Positions 46,495 through 55,140 of a stretch of 64,000 nt of DNA are shown piece after piece. The stretch comes from an uncultured virus (IMG/VR IMGVR_UViG_3300025900_000203). Its lineage: Duplodnaviria > Heunggongvirae > Uroviricota > Caudoviricetes. The stretch lies in IMG/VR virus record IMGVR_UViG_3300025900_000203; one strand, written 5' to 3'. Numbering within the stretch: position 1 is the first letter of the stretch; each line of letters starts with the position of its first letter. A program made the position numbers and the translations under genes. Under the pieces are notes generated by a model. The model did no database searches and was not told where the DNA came from. It was given only the letters and a program-made list of their open reading frames with translations.

Positions 46495-46848
46495 ATGACC
46501 ACTCTTGATCTCGTGCTCTGCAGCGGTCGCGAGTCGCTGCCGCTCACCGAGCGGGTTGGGCTATTGCGGGCAGACAGTGCCTGGTTGCAAGGCATGGATC
46601 CTTCAGGACCCTCCCGTCGCGGGCAGGGGGACTTCATCCACGATCTTGTCCAGCTCTACGCCCTGATCAACGACACGGTGTTTTTCTTCGAGAAGTCCGC
46701 AAAGCACGACGACGATCGCACACGCATCGAGGGCAGCGTGCACCTTGCCTTCATTTCACGACTGGAGTGCCGAGTGCTCGCGTGGCGGCGCGGTGGGCAT
46801 CAAGAGGAGCGGCGCATTGCACGACTGCAGCGCGAAGCCTGCGCGTGA
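46495..46848 (+). CDS. hypothetical protein
   Basis: GAGGA RBS. Confidence 0.55.
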   Translation: MTTLDLVLCSGRESLPLTERVGLLRADSAWLQGMDPSGPSRRGQGDFIHDLVQLYALINDTVFFFEKSAKHDDDRTRIEGSVHLAFISRLECRVLAWRRGGHQEERRIARLQREACA

Positions 46849-46854
46849 TGTAAT

Positions 46855-47000
46855 GGCGTGTGACGGCGTGACGAGAGCGGGCTGCGGGTGCGTGACGCCG
46901 TGACGAGAGCGGGCGGGCGTGTGATGGCGTGTGACGAGAGTGGGCTGCTGGCGTGTGACGGCGTGTGACGAGAGCGGGCTGCGAGCGTGTGACGTGACAG
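46855..47000. repeat. imperfect intergenic tandem repeat (about 4 units of 31-34 nt)
   Basis: Core GTGACGAGAG(C/T)GGGC at 46868, 46900, 46931, 46965, interleaved with GTGACG/GTGATG. Confidence 0.85.
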
Positions 47001-47038
47001 AAGCTCCCCTGGGGCGTGACGGGACGGTAAACTAGGCT

Positions 47039-47422
47039 GTGGGCAAGAAACTGATCACGATTCCGTTCGACGACCTGGTCCTGTATCACAGCGAGATCGG
47101 CCTGCATCGCGGGCGGAAATACGGTTTCGGCGAGATCTTCGGCTTCGACTCGCTCAGCAATCAGCCCTTCACGAAACTCGCGAAGAAGGTGAAGAAAGCC
47201 TACCGCGGCGAAGAGGTGCCCTCGCACAAGGGTTGGCCCGCGCAGCAGGAAGCTCTTCGGTGGCTCGTCGATCGCGGCAAGGACGCGATGTACGACTTCA
47301 AGGACGACATCCGCGTGGTGCAGGGCTGGAACGGTGACTACTACCTCACAGGCGGTAACCACCGATCGCTCGCGCTGTACATCCTCGGCGCCGACAGTGT
47401 GCGCGCGACGCTCAAGCGCTAG
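47039..47422 (+). CDS. ParB/Srx-fold protein
   Basis: IRVV...YYLTGGNHRSLAL..LG. Confidence 0.65.
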   Translation: MGKKLITIPFDDLVLYHSEIGLHRGRKYGFGEIFGFDSLSNQPFTKLAKKVKKAYRGEEVPSHKGWPAQQEALRWLVDRGKDAMYDFKDDIRVVQGWNGDYYLTGGNHRSLALYILGADSVRATLKR

Positions 47423-47739
47423 TTACAGGGCTGTCGGCAACGCGCAGGGTGTGGGCGTCATGCTCGAGGCACAGCGGACGATCCTCGAGCTGCTCCTCGA
47501 AATAGCTCTCGGCCCACTCGGCTGTGAAGCATTCTTCAGGGCGGTGGAATGGATCGGGACAGCAGCAACGATCGCCTAGCCGACACTCTTCCCATAGGTC
47601 TTCGTCGACGGCGTCCGGGGGACAGTAGTCGTCATCGTAGTCACGGGCGTCTTCGTCATCCACGCTTGGATTTTCGACACAGGAAAGCCGAAAAGCCAAA
47701 CACCGCGATGAAGATCGCGGGTGAGTACCTCACGAACCT

Positions 47740-48078
47740 TCACGACACGCTCAGGTTCTCGGTAACCCATCGCCGCGCTTCCTCGTGTTTGCGATAGGTC
47801 TCGCCGGAGTTGTGGCTGTAGAGCCGATTGTGGTCGTGCCAGTGATCAACTGGCTCGGTACGCGCCAGGAGCCAGATCTCGAAGACGAGCCCCCAGCGCC
47901 CGCGCCCCTCGATCCGATACCTCACTCCCTTGGGATGCCTGTCGGTGTTGTACTTGCGTCGCTCGACAGTTGCGACCACCGTCCGGCCCTTGTTGTCAAC
48001 GAGGTGAACCCGGTTGATCCACGCTGCCAGTTGGCGGTGATTCTTCGTCGGCGGGATGTTGAGTGGCTTGCGTTTCAT
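47740..48078 (-). CDS. hypothetical protein
   Basis: 112-aa ORF. Confidence 0.6.
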   Translation of the reverse strand: MKRKPLNIPPTKNHRQLAAWINRVHLVDNKGRTVVATVERRKYNTDRHPKGVRYRIEGRGRWGLVFEIWLLARTEPVDHWHDHNRLYSHNSGETYRKHEEARRWVTENLSVS

Positions 48079-48186
48079 AACTGCACTAGGGCGAGCGACG
48101 TCGCCGCAGGTGTTGGGATGAGAACATCACGGAACAAGGTCGACGCGTGAAACCTACCATCGCTACGGTGCGTAGCGTTTACAGGA

Positions 48187-48678
48187 TCAGTTGCTGCTCG
48201 TTGTCCGGCTCGCCTTCCCCGGACGTTTCCCCGTCGGGATCGCTTCCTTGCTGTAAGGCTTGAGCGCTCGAGCGACGAGCTTGAGATCCGTCGAGGTCGG
48301 CTGCTTCTTCGCGAGCTCCTTGCGAAACTCGATCTCGCGTTTGCAGGCGATCTCGTGGGCATCGTCGTAGTCCATGCCGCTGTAGAGCATGAGGTTCCGT
48401 TCGACGATTTCATGGAAGATCGTTGCGATGCGATCGAGCACGTGAAGCGCGTCGTCGAGCCAGATCTCGTTCTTGGGGATGTAGCCGGGATACGCCGCTT
48501 CCGATCCGCCAGCTGTGAAATCGATATCTGTCTTGTTGCGGACCTGCTCGCCGGATACGAGATAGATCGCGAGCCCGTTGATGAAGCCGAGCCGCTTGAG
48601 TCGCGGCAGCTTGAGGGCGAGACTCGACGAGATCTCGCTGTCCAACTGGGCATGGGATTTCTTCGCTTGAGGCGGCAT
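48187..48678 (-). CDS. leader-motif protein with HExxE...H metal-binding-like motif
   Basis: KKSHAQLDSEISSSL; FHEIVE...YDDAHEIA; TAGGAT 6 nt upstream. Confidence 0.75.
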   Translation of the reverse strand: MPPQAKKSHAQLDSEISSSLALKLPRLKRLGFINGLAIYLVSGEQVRNKTDIDFTAGGSEAAYPGYIPKNEIWLDDALHVLDRIATIFHEIVERNLMLYSGMDYDDAHEIACKREIEFRKELAKKQPTSTDLKLVARALKPYSKEAIPTGKRPGKASRTTSSN

Positions 48679-48765
48679 CGTCGCATCCTAGTACAGATCG
48701 GTCTTGGATCCTTTCCACTTCACACCGCTCAAGATCTTAGTCGCAGCGCTGGCCGCGGGCGCGGC

Positions 48766-49158
48766 TCATCGAGCCACGAGCCCACGGATCGTGCACAGAA
48801 ACGGCGCGTCCGGACGAGGGCCGATGTACTTCACATCGACCCAGAGATTCATCGCCGTTTGCACCGTCTCGAAACTGAAGCGGTTATCGACGCTGCTGCT
48901 CAGCACGTCACCAGGGATCGCATCCGCGTCGTCGTCGCCTGTGCGCATGAACTGTGAGCGGCCGTGGATGTTGAAGTCGTAGATCATCCAGTCGCCTGGG
49001 GACTCGTCGATCACGAGGCTCTGGGGCTTGTAGGCGACGCACTTCGGCCGGATGAGGAACCGTGCACGTTGACCCTTGGCGACGAGGTGCGGTCCGGTGA
49101 TTTCGGCTTCTACGCGTTCGTCTTCGTTCGTGAGAAAACGGATCGTGGAGTTCTGCAT
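48766..49158 (-). CDS. beta-sandwich-like hypothetical protein
   Basis: Alternating beta pattern; TACAAT 7 nt upstream. Confidence 0.65.
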   Translation of the reverse strand: MQNSTIRFLTNEDERVEAEITGPHLVAKGQRARFLIRPKCVAYKPQSLVIDESPGDWMIYDFNIHGRSQFMRTGDDDADAIPGDVLSSSVDNRFSFETVQTAMNLWVDVKYIGPRPDAPFLCTIRGLVAR

Positions 49159-49171
49159 GCGTTGGATTGTA

Positions 49172-49699
49172 CTAGCTGTACAGATTCCGAAGCATGTTGG
49201 TGCGTAGATCGCCTTCTGGAAGTTGTTCGATGCGATCGAGAGCCTGTTGTCGGAGCTGCGATACCTTCAGGGCGACGGCTTTGCCATTCGGATCATTCCA
49301 ACTATAGGTGCGGAGCGAGGACTCGAGGTTCTTGGCCCGCGACCGCAGGTCGTGGATGATTGCGCGCTCTTCCAAGAAGGGGCCTGAACCCATGAGCCGT
49401 CGCGACGCTTCGAGAGTGTCGGACTTGTATGCCGGCAACTTCTTTTCTGTGCGGGCTGTCGCTGTCGCGAGATCGATCATGCGCTCAAGATCCCGCTGTT
49501 GCGCCACGCTAAGAACCGTCGCAGCCTCAAGACGGATCGCGTCTAGAACTTCCCCGAGCCAGAAGCCGCGATCGACACTTGGGGTCTTGGCGGGAACCAC
49601 ACGATTCACGTATGGCCGCACGCCTGCCGACGCCTTTCCTGTACGGCTCCATTGAGTCGCCTGATTTACGAGCCGTCGGTAGCTATCGATCTTCGTCAT
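49172..49699 (-). CDS. hypothetical protein
   Basis: 175-aa ORF. Confidence 0.65.
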   Translation of the reverse strand: MTKIDSYRRLVNQATQWSRTGKASAGVRPYVNRVVPAKTPSVDRGFWLGEVLDAIRLEAATVLSVAQQRDLERMIDLATATARTEKKLPAYKSDTLEASRRLMGSGPFLEERAIIHDLRSRAKNLESSLRTYSWNDPNGKAVALKVSQLRQQALDRIEQLPEGDLRTNMLRNLYS

Positions 49700-49719
49700 A
49701 CGCGGTTGAATGATATCAG

Positions 49720-50103
49720 CTATACGCTCTCGTACGCTGCAAGCTTCGCGTCGTCGCCGCTCCGTGCGTGCCGGGCCCGTTCATGCAGCGAACCGGCACG
49801 GATGTTCACACCCGCCTCTTCGTAAAGGTCAGCGGCGACGTCCAAATCGTCGGCGGCTTGGCGGAGGAGCCCACGGTCCTTCGAGCTCCAATCGGCCCAT
49901 GGATCCCTCCGACTGCGAACTTCGTGAATGACCCGGTTCGCTTGCGCGGCCAGCTGGCCAGCTTCCTGAATCCGCGGATCGTCAGGGTTCGCACGCGGGG
50001 ACAACCGTGCCGATCCACGTGGCGCCGGGCCTCCATAACCGCTTAGCGGCTTGTGTTGAAGGTGCTCGTGGGCGAGTGCGGACACGGTGTACTCCCTGCC
50101 CAT
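49720..50103 (-). CDS. hypothetical protein
   Basis: 127-aa helical ORF. Confidence 0.6.
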   Translation of the reverse strand: MGREYTVSALAHEHLQHKPLSGYGGPAPRGSARLSPRANPDDPRIQEAGQLAAQANRVIHEVRSRRDPWADWSSKDRGLLRQAADDLDVAADLYEEAGVNIRAGSLHERARHARSGDDAKLAAYESV

Positions 50104-50127
50104 GAGTCTGAGTCTTCGACCGAGTTG

Positions 50128-50538
50128 TCACTCGATGAGGTCAGCGGTGTGTCCGCCGTAGAGGCCTTGCTTCTTCGCTGTCTGGACGGCCGCATAGATC
50201 CGACGTACGACGTCCTCGGAAGTGCCGTGTGCGCGCGCGACGTCGCCGTGATTCCACCGCTTGCGCTTAGTCGAATGGCTTCGCGCGCCGACGGAAATAC
50301 TCGCGATCGGTGAACTGCGTTTGTGCGCAGCCTCCCAAACTTCAACGTGGTCGTCAGCGTCATCGCCTTGAACAGCGAGATGCCAATCGTATGGAAAGAG
50401 CGTCTGGGTCTCGCGGATCGCTAGCCGAGCCGCGATCGCGGGCCGCACCCCAGTCTTCACGTGCTGGCGTGCGCGCTTGACGAGTTGCGCGCACGCGTGC
50501 TCGATCAGGTCCTTCGCGAAGTGCTTCTTCGTGGTCAC
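50128..50538 (-). CDS. hypothetical protein with HSTK motif
   Basis: ARSHSTKRKR; TAGAAT upstream. Confidence 0.6.
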   Translation of the reverse strand: MTTKKHFAKDLIEHACAQLVKRARQHVKTGVRPAIAARLAIRETQTLFPYDWHLAVQGDDADDHVEVWEAAHKRSSPIASISVGARSHSTKRKRWNHGDVARAHGTSEDVVRRIYAAVQTAKKQGLYGGHTADLIE

Positions 50539-50616
50539 GATGACGAAATTCTACTGCATCGCGGACGTTGGTCGTCGAATGGTATCCGTTCGAAGAGTCC
50601 GATAGACTCGCGGATC

Positions 50617-50847
50617 ATGGCGAAGGAATACGTAAGCCCTGCGAAAAAGACGCTGCGCGAGTTGCAGCGCCTCGACAAGGCGCTGTCGACGGCGCAGCAG
50701 TACGCGGGGACGTTGGACGTTTACAACAGCCAATTTCCAGGCGCCAAGAAGCTGGGGTCCGAGGCGTGGGACGAGATGGAGAAGATTCGGCTCAAGATCC
50801 GCAAGATGCTGGAGCGTCTCGAACGGCCCGGGGGCATCTTCGGATGA
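50617..50847 (+). CDS. hypothetical protein
   Basis: Starts MAKEY; TAGACT 8 nt upstream. Confidence 0.6.
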   Translation: MAKEYVSPAKKTLRELQRLDKALSTAQQYAGTLDVYNSQFPGAKKLGSEAWDEMEKIRLKIRKMLERLERPGGIFG

Positions 50848-51341
50848 TCGGAACGGCCACCGAGATCCTTCCGCACCTCTTCCTTGGCACACGCGAAGAT
50901 GCTGCCGCGTTGGGCTCGAAGGTTCCCGACGACTGGGCCTGCATCTCGGTGACGGAATATCGATCGCGCTACGGCCGCAAAGAAGAGTTGCCCAACGAGC
51001 CCACCGGATCGCTCGACCTGCCGTTCATGGTCGACGCCCCTGGGGGTTGGCACGCTGATCGGTACAAGCTCGATCTGATCGCGGAGACGATCTGTCTCCG
51101 GCTGCTGGAAGACAAGAACGTCCTCGTGCATTGCGTGCAAGGCCAGGAGCGATCGCCACTCGCGGTCGCGTGGTACCTCGCGTGGTCTGGCGCGGCAGGC
51201 TCGTTCGCGCGTGCCTACGATCGCGTCGAGCGGAAGCATCCACGTACGGAGCGTCGGGATGCATGGCTTCGAGGCGCGACACCAGGGGAGCGGCATCCAC
51301 GCTTTCGCGTACTGCTCGTCGCCTCGCGAACGGTGCCGTAA
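50844..51341 (+). CDS. dual-specificity protein phosphatase
   Basis: EILPHLFLG; VLVHCVQGQERS (HCx5R). Confidence 0.9.
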   Translation: MIGTATEILPHLFLGTREDAAALGSKVPDDWACISVTEYRSRYGRKEELPNEPTGSLDLPFMVDAPGGWHADRYKLDLIAETICLRLLEDKNVLVHCVQGQERSPLAVAWYLAWSGAAGSFARAYDRVERKHPRTERRDAWLRGATPGERHPRFRVLLVASRTVP

Positions 51342-51538
51342 CTTCGAGTGGACTGTCGTAAGCTTCAGCGATGAAGGACACGCGCTGGCCACCCGACAAC
51401 GTGAAGGACATCGTCCAGAAGTCTGATCGAAAGCTCGTCGCCTCGACCCCGACGACAGGCAAGTTCAATCAATTCCAGTTGGCTCTCCTAGCTGCTACCA
51501 AACAGTCCAAGCGTTGCCCATAGACTATCGAGCGAACC

Positions 51539-52297
51539 ATGATGCGGAAGAAGACACCCGCGGCGAAACTCGATCGCGAGATCGCTGCAGCTCTCCGCAG
51601 CCGCAGCCGTGTGCGGCACTCGACCAAGAAAGCCGTCACGATCACAAACCTCGATCAAATCTCCGATCGCACCCGTCGCGCACTCGGCGATGAATTGGAC
51701 GATGCCGCATCGCGGGCCGTCGCCGCTGGAGCGATCGGCGATCTGACGTACCAGGGAGCCGGCGCGACCGGCGTTGTCTTCTGCGACGAGCGCGGAGTGG
51801 CCTTCAAGGTGGCGCGGCGCGGTCGTGAGGACGCGGTCACCGAGGAGGCGGAGTGGCTTCGAAAAGCCGCGCAGGTTCCTGGCGTGCGCGAGCACGTCGC
51901 GAAAGATGCCCGCTACGACAAACGGCATGACGTGCTCGTACGCGAGTGCGTCGCAGGCCCGAGCGGAACGCCGCGGAACACGAGCAAGCTGTGGAAGCTC
52001 CACCAGGGCATGCGATCCGCAATGGCTCCGTATGGCTGGTTGTCGCCGGAGTTCAAGGAAGACAGCTACGTCATGGCGCGCGGCCGAGGTCCTGTGCTGA
52101 TCGACGCCTCGTCGGCCATCCGCGTCGGTGGCGAGCTCGTGCGCTACGCACAAGACGTGCTCGCCGCACGGCGACCGCAGACCGAGCGGCTGGAAGACAT
52201 TGCGTTCGCGATTCGATCGGAGCGCGGGCAGTCCATCCCGACAGCGGTGGCCGACAAACTCTTGGCGAAGCTTCGAGCCCGCGGCGTCGATACGTAG
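51539..52297 (+). CDS. leader-motif protein with protein-kinase-like domain (atypical catalytic loop)
   Basis: KTPAAKLDREIAAAL...HSTKK; GAGATGVV, VAFK, EEAE, LVRECV, SPEFKEDS, VLIDAS. Confidence 0.65.
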   Translation: MMRKKTPAAKLDREIAAALRSRSRVRHSTKKAVTITNLDQISDRTRRALGDELDDAASRAVAAGAIGDLTYQGAGATGVVFCDERGVAFKVARRGREDAVTEEAEWLRKAAQVPGVREHVAKDARYDKRHDVLVRECVAGPSGTPRNTSKLWKLHQGMRSAMAPYGWLSPEFKEDSYVMARGRGPVLIDASSAIRVGGELVRYAQDVLAARRPQTERLEDIAFAIRSERGQSIPTAVADKLLAKLRARGVDT

Positions 52298-52544
52298 ACG
52301 TCGGCACTTCGCAGTGTCCCCCGGCCCTGCTCGGAGTTGGTTGCGACGCGACGATCGAGCACAGCCTTGGATCGTCTCTATGAGTCACGTCCGGGGCGAC
52401 TCGAGCGTGCCGTCCGTCGGGATGTCTCTCCGACTTTGCTAGCCGTTCGCTCGCTGGGAAGCTAGCACCAAGCCCTGACAATGGGCAACCTGCCCCGACT
52501 TGCTAGATTTTGGGAGCCTGCCGCTCCGCTCTGTACGCTGAGAG

Positions 52545-53909
52545 ATGCAGTTCAAGTCGTACCTCAAGAAGCCCCACACGGGGCTTCAACCACGCTCAGC
52601 TGGATCCGGATCGTGGGCCGTTCCCGATCTCTGCGCCGCGTACCAGTGGCCGACAGGCCTCGCCGGAGGCGGAGTCATCGCGATCGTCGAGCTGGGAGGC
52701 GGCTGGAAAGCCGCCGACATGGCAGCGTACTTCGCGTCCATCAAACAGCCGGTGCCCTCGATCGTTGACGTTTCCGTCGACGGTACCAAGAACACGCCGG
52801 GCGGCGACGCGGACGGCGAAGTGATTCTCGACATCCAGATCGCAGCCGCCGCGTACTACGTCGCCACAGGGAAGCCTGCACAGATCCGTGTGTATTGGGC
52901 GAAGGACATCGCTCCCGCCGTGCACGCCGCGACCAAGGACGGGTGTGACGTCTGCTCGATCTCGTGGGGACTCGACGAGGCCGACTGGGGATCGCAGGCT
53001 GCGCACGACATGGAGCAAGCCGCGCTCGAGGCCGTGACTGCGGGTATGGTGGTGTTCGCTGCTTCCGGCGATAACGATTCTTCCGACGGTGGTGATTCGC
53101 CGGCGAACGTCGATCTCCCCGCTGCGTGTCCACACATCCTCGGCTGCGGTGGAACGAAGAAGACACGCTCGGCCGAGACGGTCTGGAACGAATCGCCGGG
53201 TAATCCGTCGGGGGATGGAACGGGTGGCGGCTACTCGACGATCTTCGCGATGCCTGCATGGCAGGCCCGCGCTCCCAAGGGAGCGGGTCGCCTGGTGCCG
53301 GACGTCGCGGCTGTCGCAGATCCCAACACGGGCTACGAAGTGTATCTCGACGGCAGCCCGCAAGTTTTCGGAGGTACGAGCGCGGTCGCGCCACTCTACG
53401 CTGGGCTCTTCGGCGCGCTCGGCAAGAAGCTCGGCTTCGTCGCAGCCAAACTATGGAGCAGCGCCGGTGACTTCACGGACATCACCTCCGGTGACAATGG
53501 CATGTACCACGCGCAGCTGGGGCCGGATCCGTGTACCGGGCTCGGGGCGCCGATCGGCAAGGCAATCGCCGCGCTGATCACAGCGGCAGGTCCGACTCCT
53601 GTTCCGACCCCGATCCCCACGCCGGTCCCGATCCCGTCGCCTGCTCCGGTGCCCCCAACGATCGTCACACTGACCCAAGCCACGACCTGGGCAGAGGCGG
53701 ATCTTCCACACGGCTTCCTTGCCCGATCGCAGGTCGTCACGCTGATCGATCAAGGACTTCGAAAGCACTGGCCGCCGCACATCACCACGCCGCCGCTCGC
53801 CGCAGTCACGAGCTGGATCGACGGAGAGTTGCCGCACGTCTCGATGGCACGACACACCGCGAAGATGTTCATCACGCGCGCGCTCAAGAAGCACTGGACA
53901 GGACCCTGA
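52545..53909 (+). CDS. S53 (sedolisin/kumamolisin) peptidase without prodomain, with PT linker and duplicated C-terminal module
   Basis: EVILD, SISWG, ASGD, GGTSAVAP, DITSG..G...GPDPCTGLG. Confidence 0.92.
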   Translation: MQFKSYLKKPHTGLQPRSAGSGSWAVPDLCAAYQWPTGLAGGGVIAIVELGGGWKAADMAAYFASIKQPVPSIVDVSVDGTKNTPGGDADGEVILDIQIAAAAYYVATGKPAQIRVYWAKDIAPAVHAATKDGCDVCSISWGLDEADWGSQAAHDMEQAALEAVTAGMVVFAASGDNDSSDGGDSPANVDLPAACPHILGCGGTKKTRSAETVWNESPGNPSGDGTGGGYSTIFAMPAWQARAPKGAGRLVPDVAAVADPNTGYEVYLDGSPQVFGGTSAVAPLYAGLFGALGKKLGFVAAKLWSSAGDFTDITSGDNGMYHAQLGPDPCTGLGAPIGKAIAALITAAGPTPVPTPIPTPVPIPSPAPVPPTIVTLTQATTWAEADLPHGFLARSQVVTLIDQGLRKHWPPHITTPPLAAVTSWIDGELPHVSMARHTAKMFITRALKKHWTGP

Positions 53910-54097
53910 AGCTCCAGAGATCCTGACAGCGTGAACAACTCAACACCGCAAATCACTTTCGATCAGACGACCCCACGGACACATCCGTGGGCGCTCTATC
54001 GAACGGGGCATCTGTTCCGCTGGGGTCGAGGTCGTGGTGGTGGGGGCGGTGGACAAATTCGCCGCCCTGCAACCAAAAGCGTTGCTACGATCGAGGC

Positions 54098-54328
54098 ATG
54101 TCCCAAGGAAACCTCCTCGGCCGCACCGCGTCCTGGCTCGAGCCGAACACAGCACCCTTCCCGCCACGCGCCATCGTCGGCGAAATCGTCAGCGTGACGC
54201 GCCCGTCTCCCGACGTGCCTGCCACGATCGCGGTGGCCGAGCGCGGAGACGGCGAGCTGCACTACGTCACGCTCGACGGCTCGATTCCGGTTTGGATCGT
54301 TCCCGTGGTGGAAGAAGAAGCCGCGTAA
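54098..54328 (+). CDS. hypothetical protein
   Basis: TACGAT 6 nt upstream; IVGEIV. Confidence 0.6.
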   Translation: MSQGNLLGRTASWLEPNTAPFPPRAIVGEIVSVTRPSPDVPATIAVAERGDGELHYVTLDGSIPVWIVPVVEEEAA

Positions 54329-54657
54329 TGGAGCCAACGCCAGCACAGCGTGTCGCACGCACGATCTGTGGTGCGCTTGCCGATCTACCTGCAGCGGATC
54401 AGGCTCGAGCACTCGAAGCAGTGCGCGTCGCACTTGGGCTGAATCCCGAAGACTTGCCGTCCACAGCGCAAGAGCGCGGGCCGCAACTGCCGATGGTGCG
54501 GGTACAGATGATGGGCGGCTCGCCCCGCGTTGTGAGTGACACGGATCCACCGGGGGCTCCGCTCGTTGTCATCTCCCGCACCCCGAGACCGCCGCGTGCC
54601 TTGCAGGCAACAACTGCTGCTCGCGGTTTCGTGCGCGATGTGCTCGCGCGACGCTAG
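54328..54657 (+). CDS. hypothetical protein
   Basis: TAATG overlap. Confidence 0.6.
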   Translation: MEPTPAQRVARTICGALADLPAADQARALEAVRVALGLNPEDLPSTAQERGPQLPMVRVQMMGGSPRVVSDTDPPGAPLVVISRTPRPPRALQATTAARGFVRDVLARR

Positions 54658-54964
54658 CTTCTGTCGCCGCATCTAACTCATGGAGTGTTTTCTTGATTCG
54701 CGCGGCGCCGCTCCAAGGTGTGATCACCCGTCCGCGTCATCGCAGACCGACGGTGTTCGAACTTGTCGACACCGCGCGTCACCGAACCAGGACGATGGCA
54801 CATGGGATCGTTGCGTACGTCGTGGATATCTTCAGTTGGCTGAACACGTCCACCAATCCAACGTCTGCGGATAGAAGCGATCCTCTTAGAGATTTCGGAC
54901 ACATTGCACCTCATTGCCGATTTACCTACAGCGGATCGTTTCGCGTGGCGCTAGCTCACGTTGA

Positions 54965-55130
54965 GCAGGCTTATCCGGTTGACGCGCAAGATGGTCACGC
55001 GTAGCTGGCCAGCTAGAGACAACAGCGGTCTGTTTCGCTTGGAGATGACCTGCAGACCATCGCATCTCCTCGATTCTGTCGTCTTACGCGATCGTAGGCG
55101 CGAGCTTGCGCGTCAACCGGATAAGCCTGC
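54965..55130. other. 166-nt element bounded by a perfect 26-bp inverted repeat (structured ncRNA or MITE-like)
   Basis: GCAGGCTTATCCGGTTGACGCGCAAG (54965-54990) and its reverse complement (55105-55130); nested internal stems. Confidence 0.75.
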
Positions 55131-55140
55131 AATGCGCTGA

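Noticed and set aside
46855..47000. CRISPR array
   Set aside because: The segments between cores are short and similar to each other, not unique spacers; no cas operon.
54965..55130. Complete retron or autonomous IS
   Set aside because: No reverse transcriptase or transposase ORF in the window and no target-site duplication.
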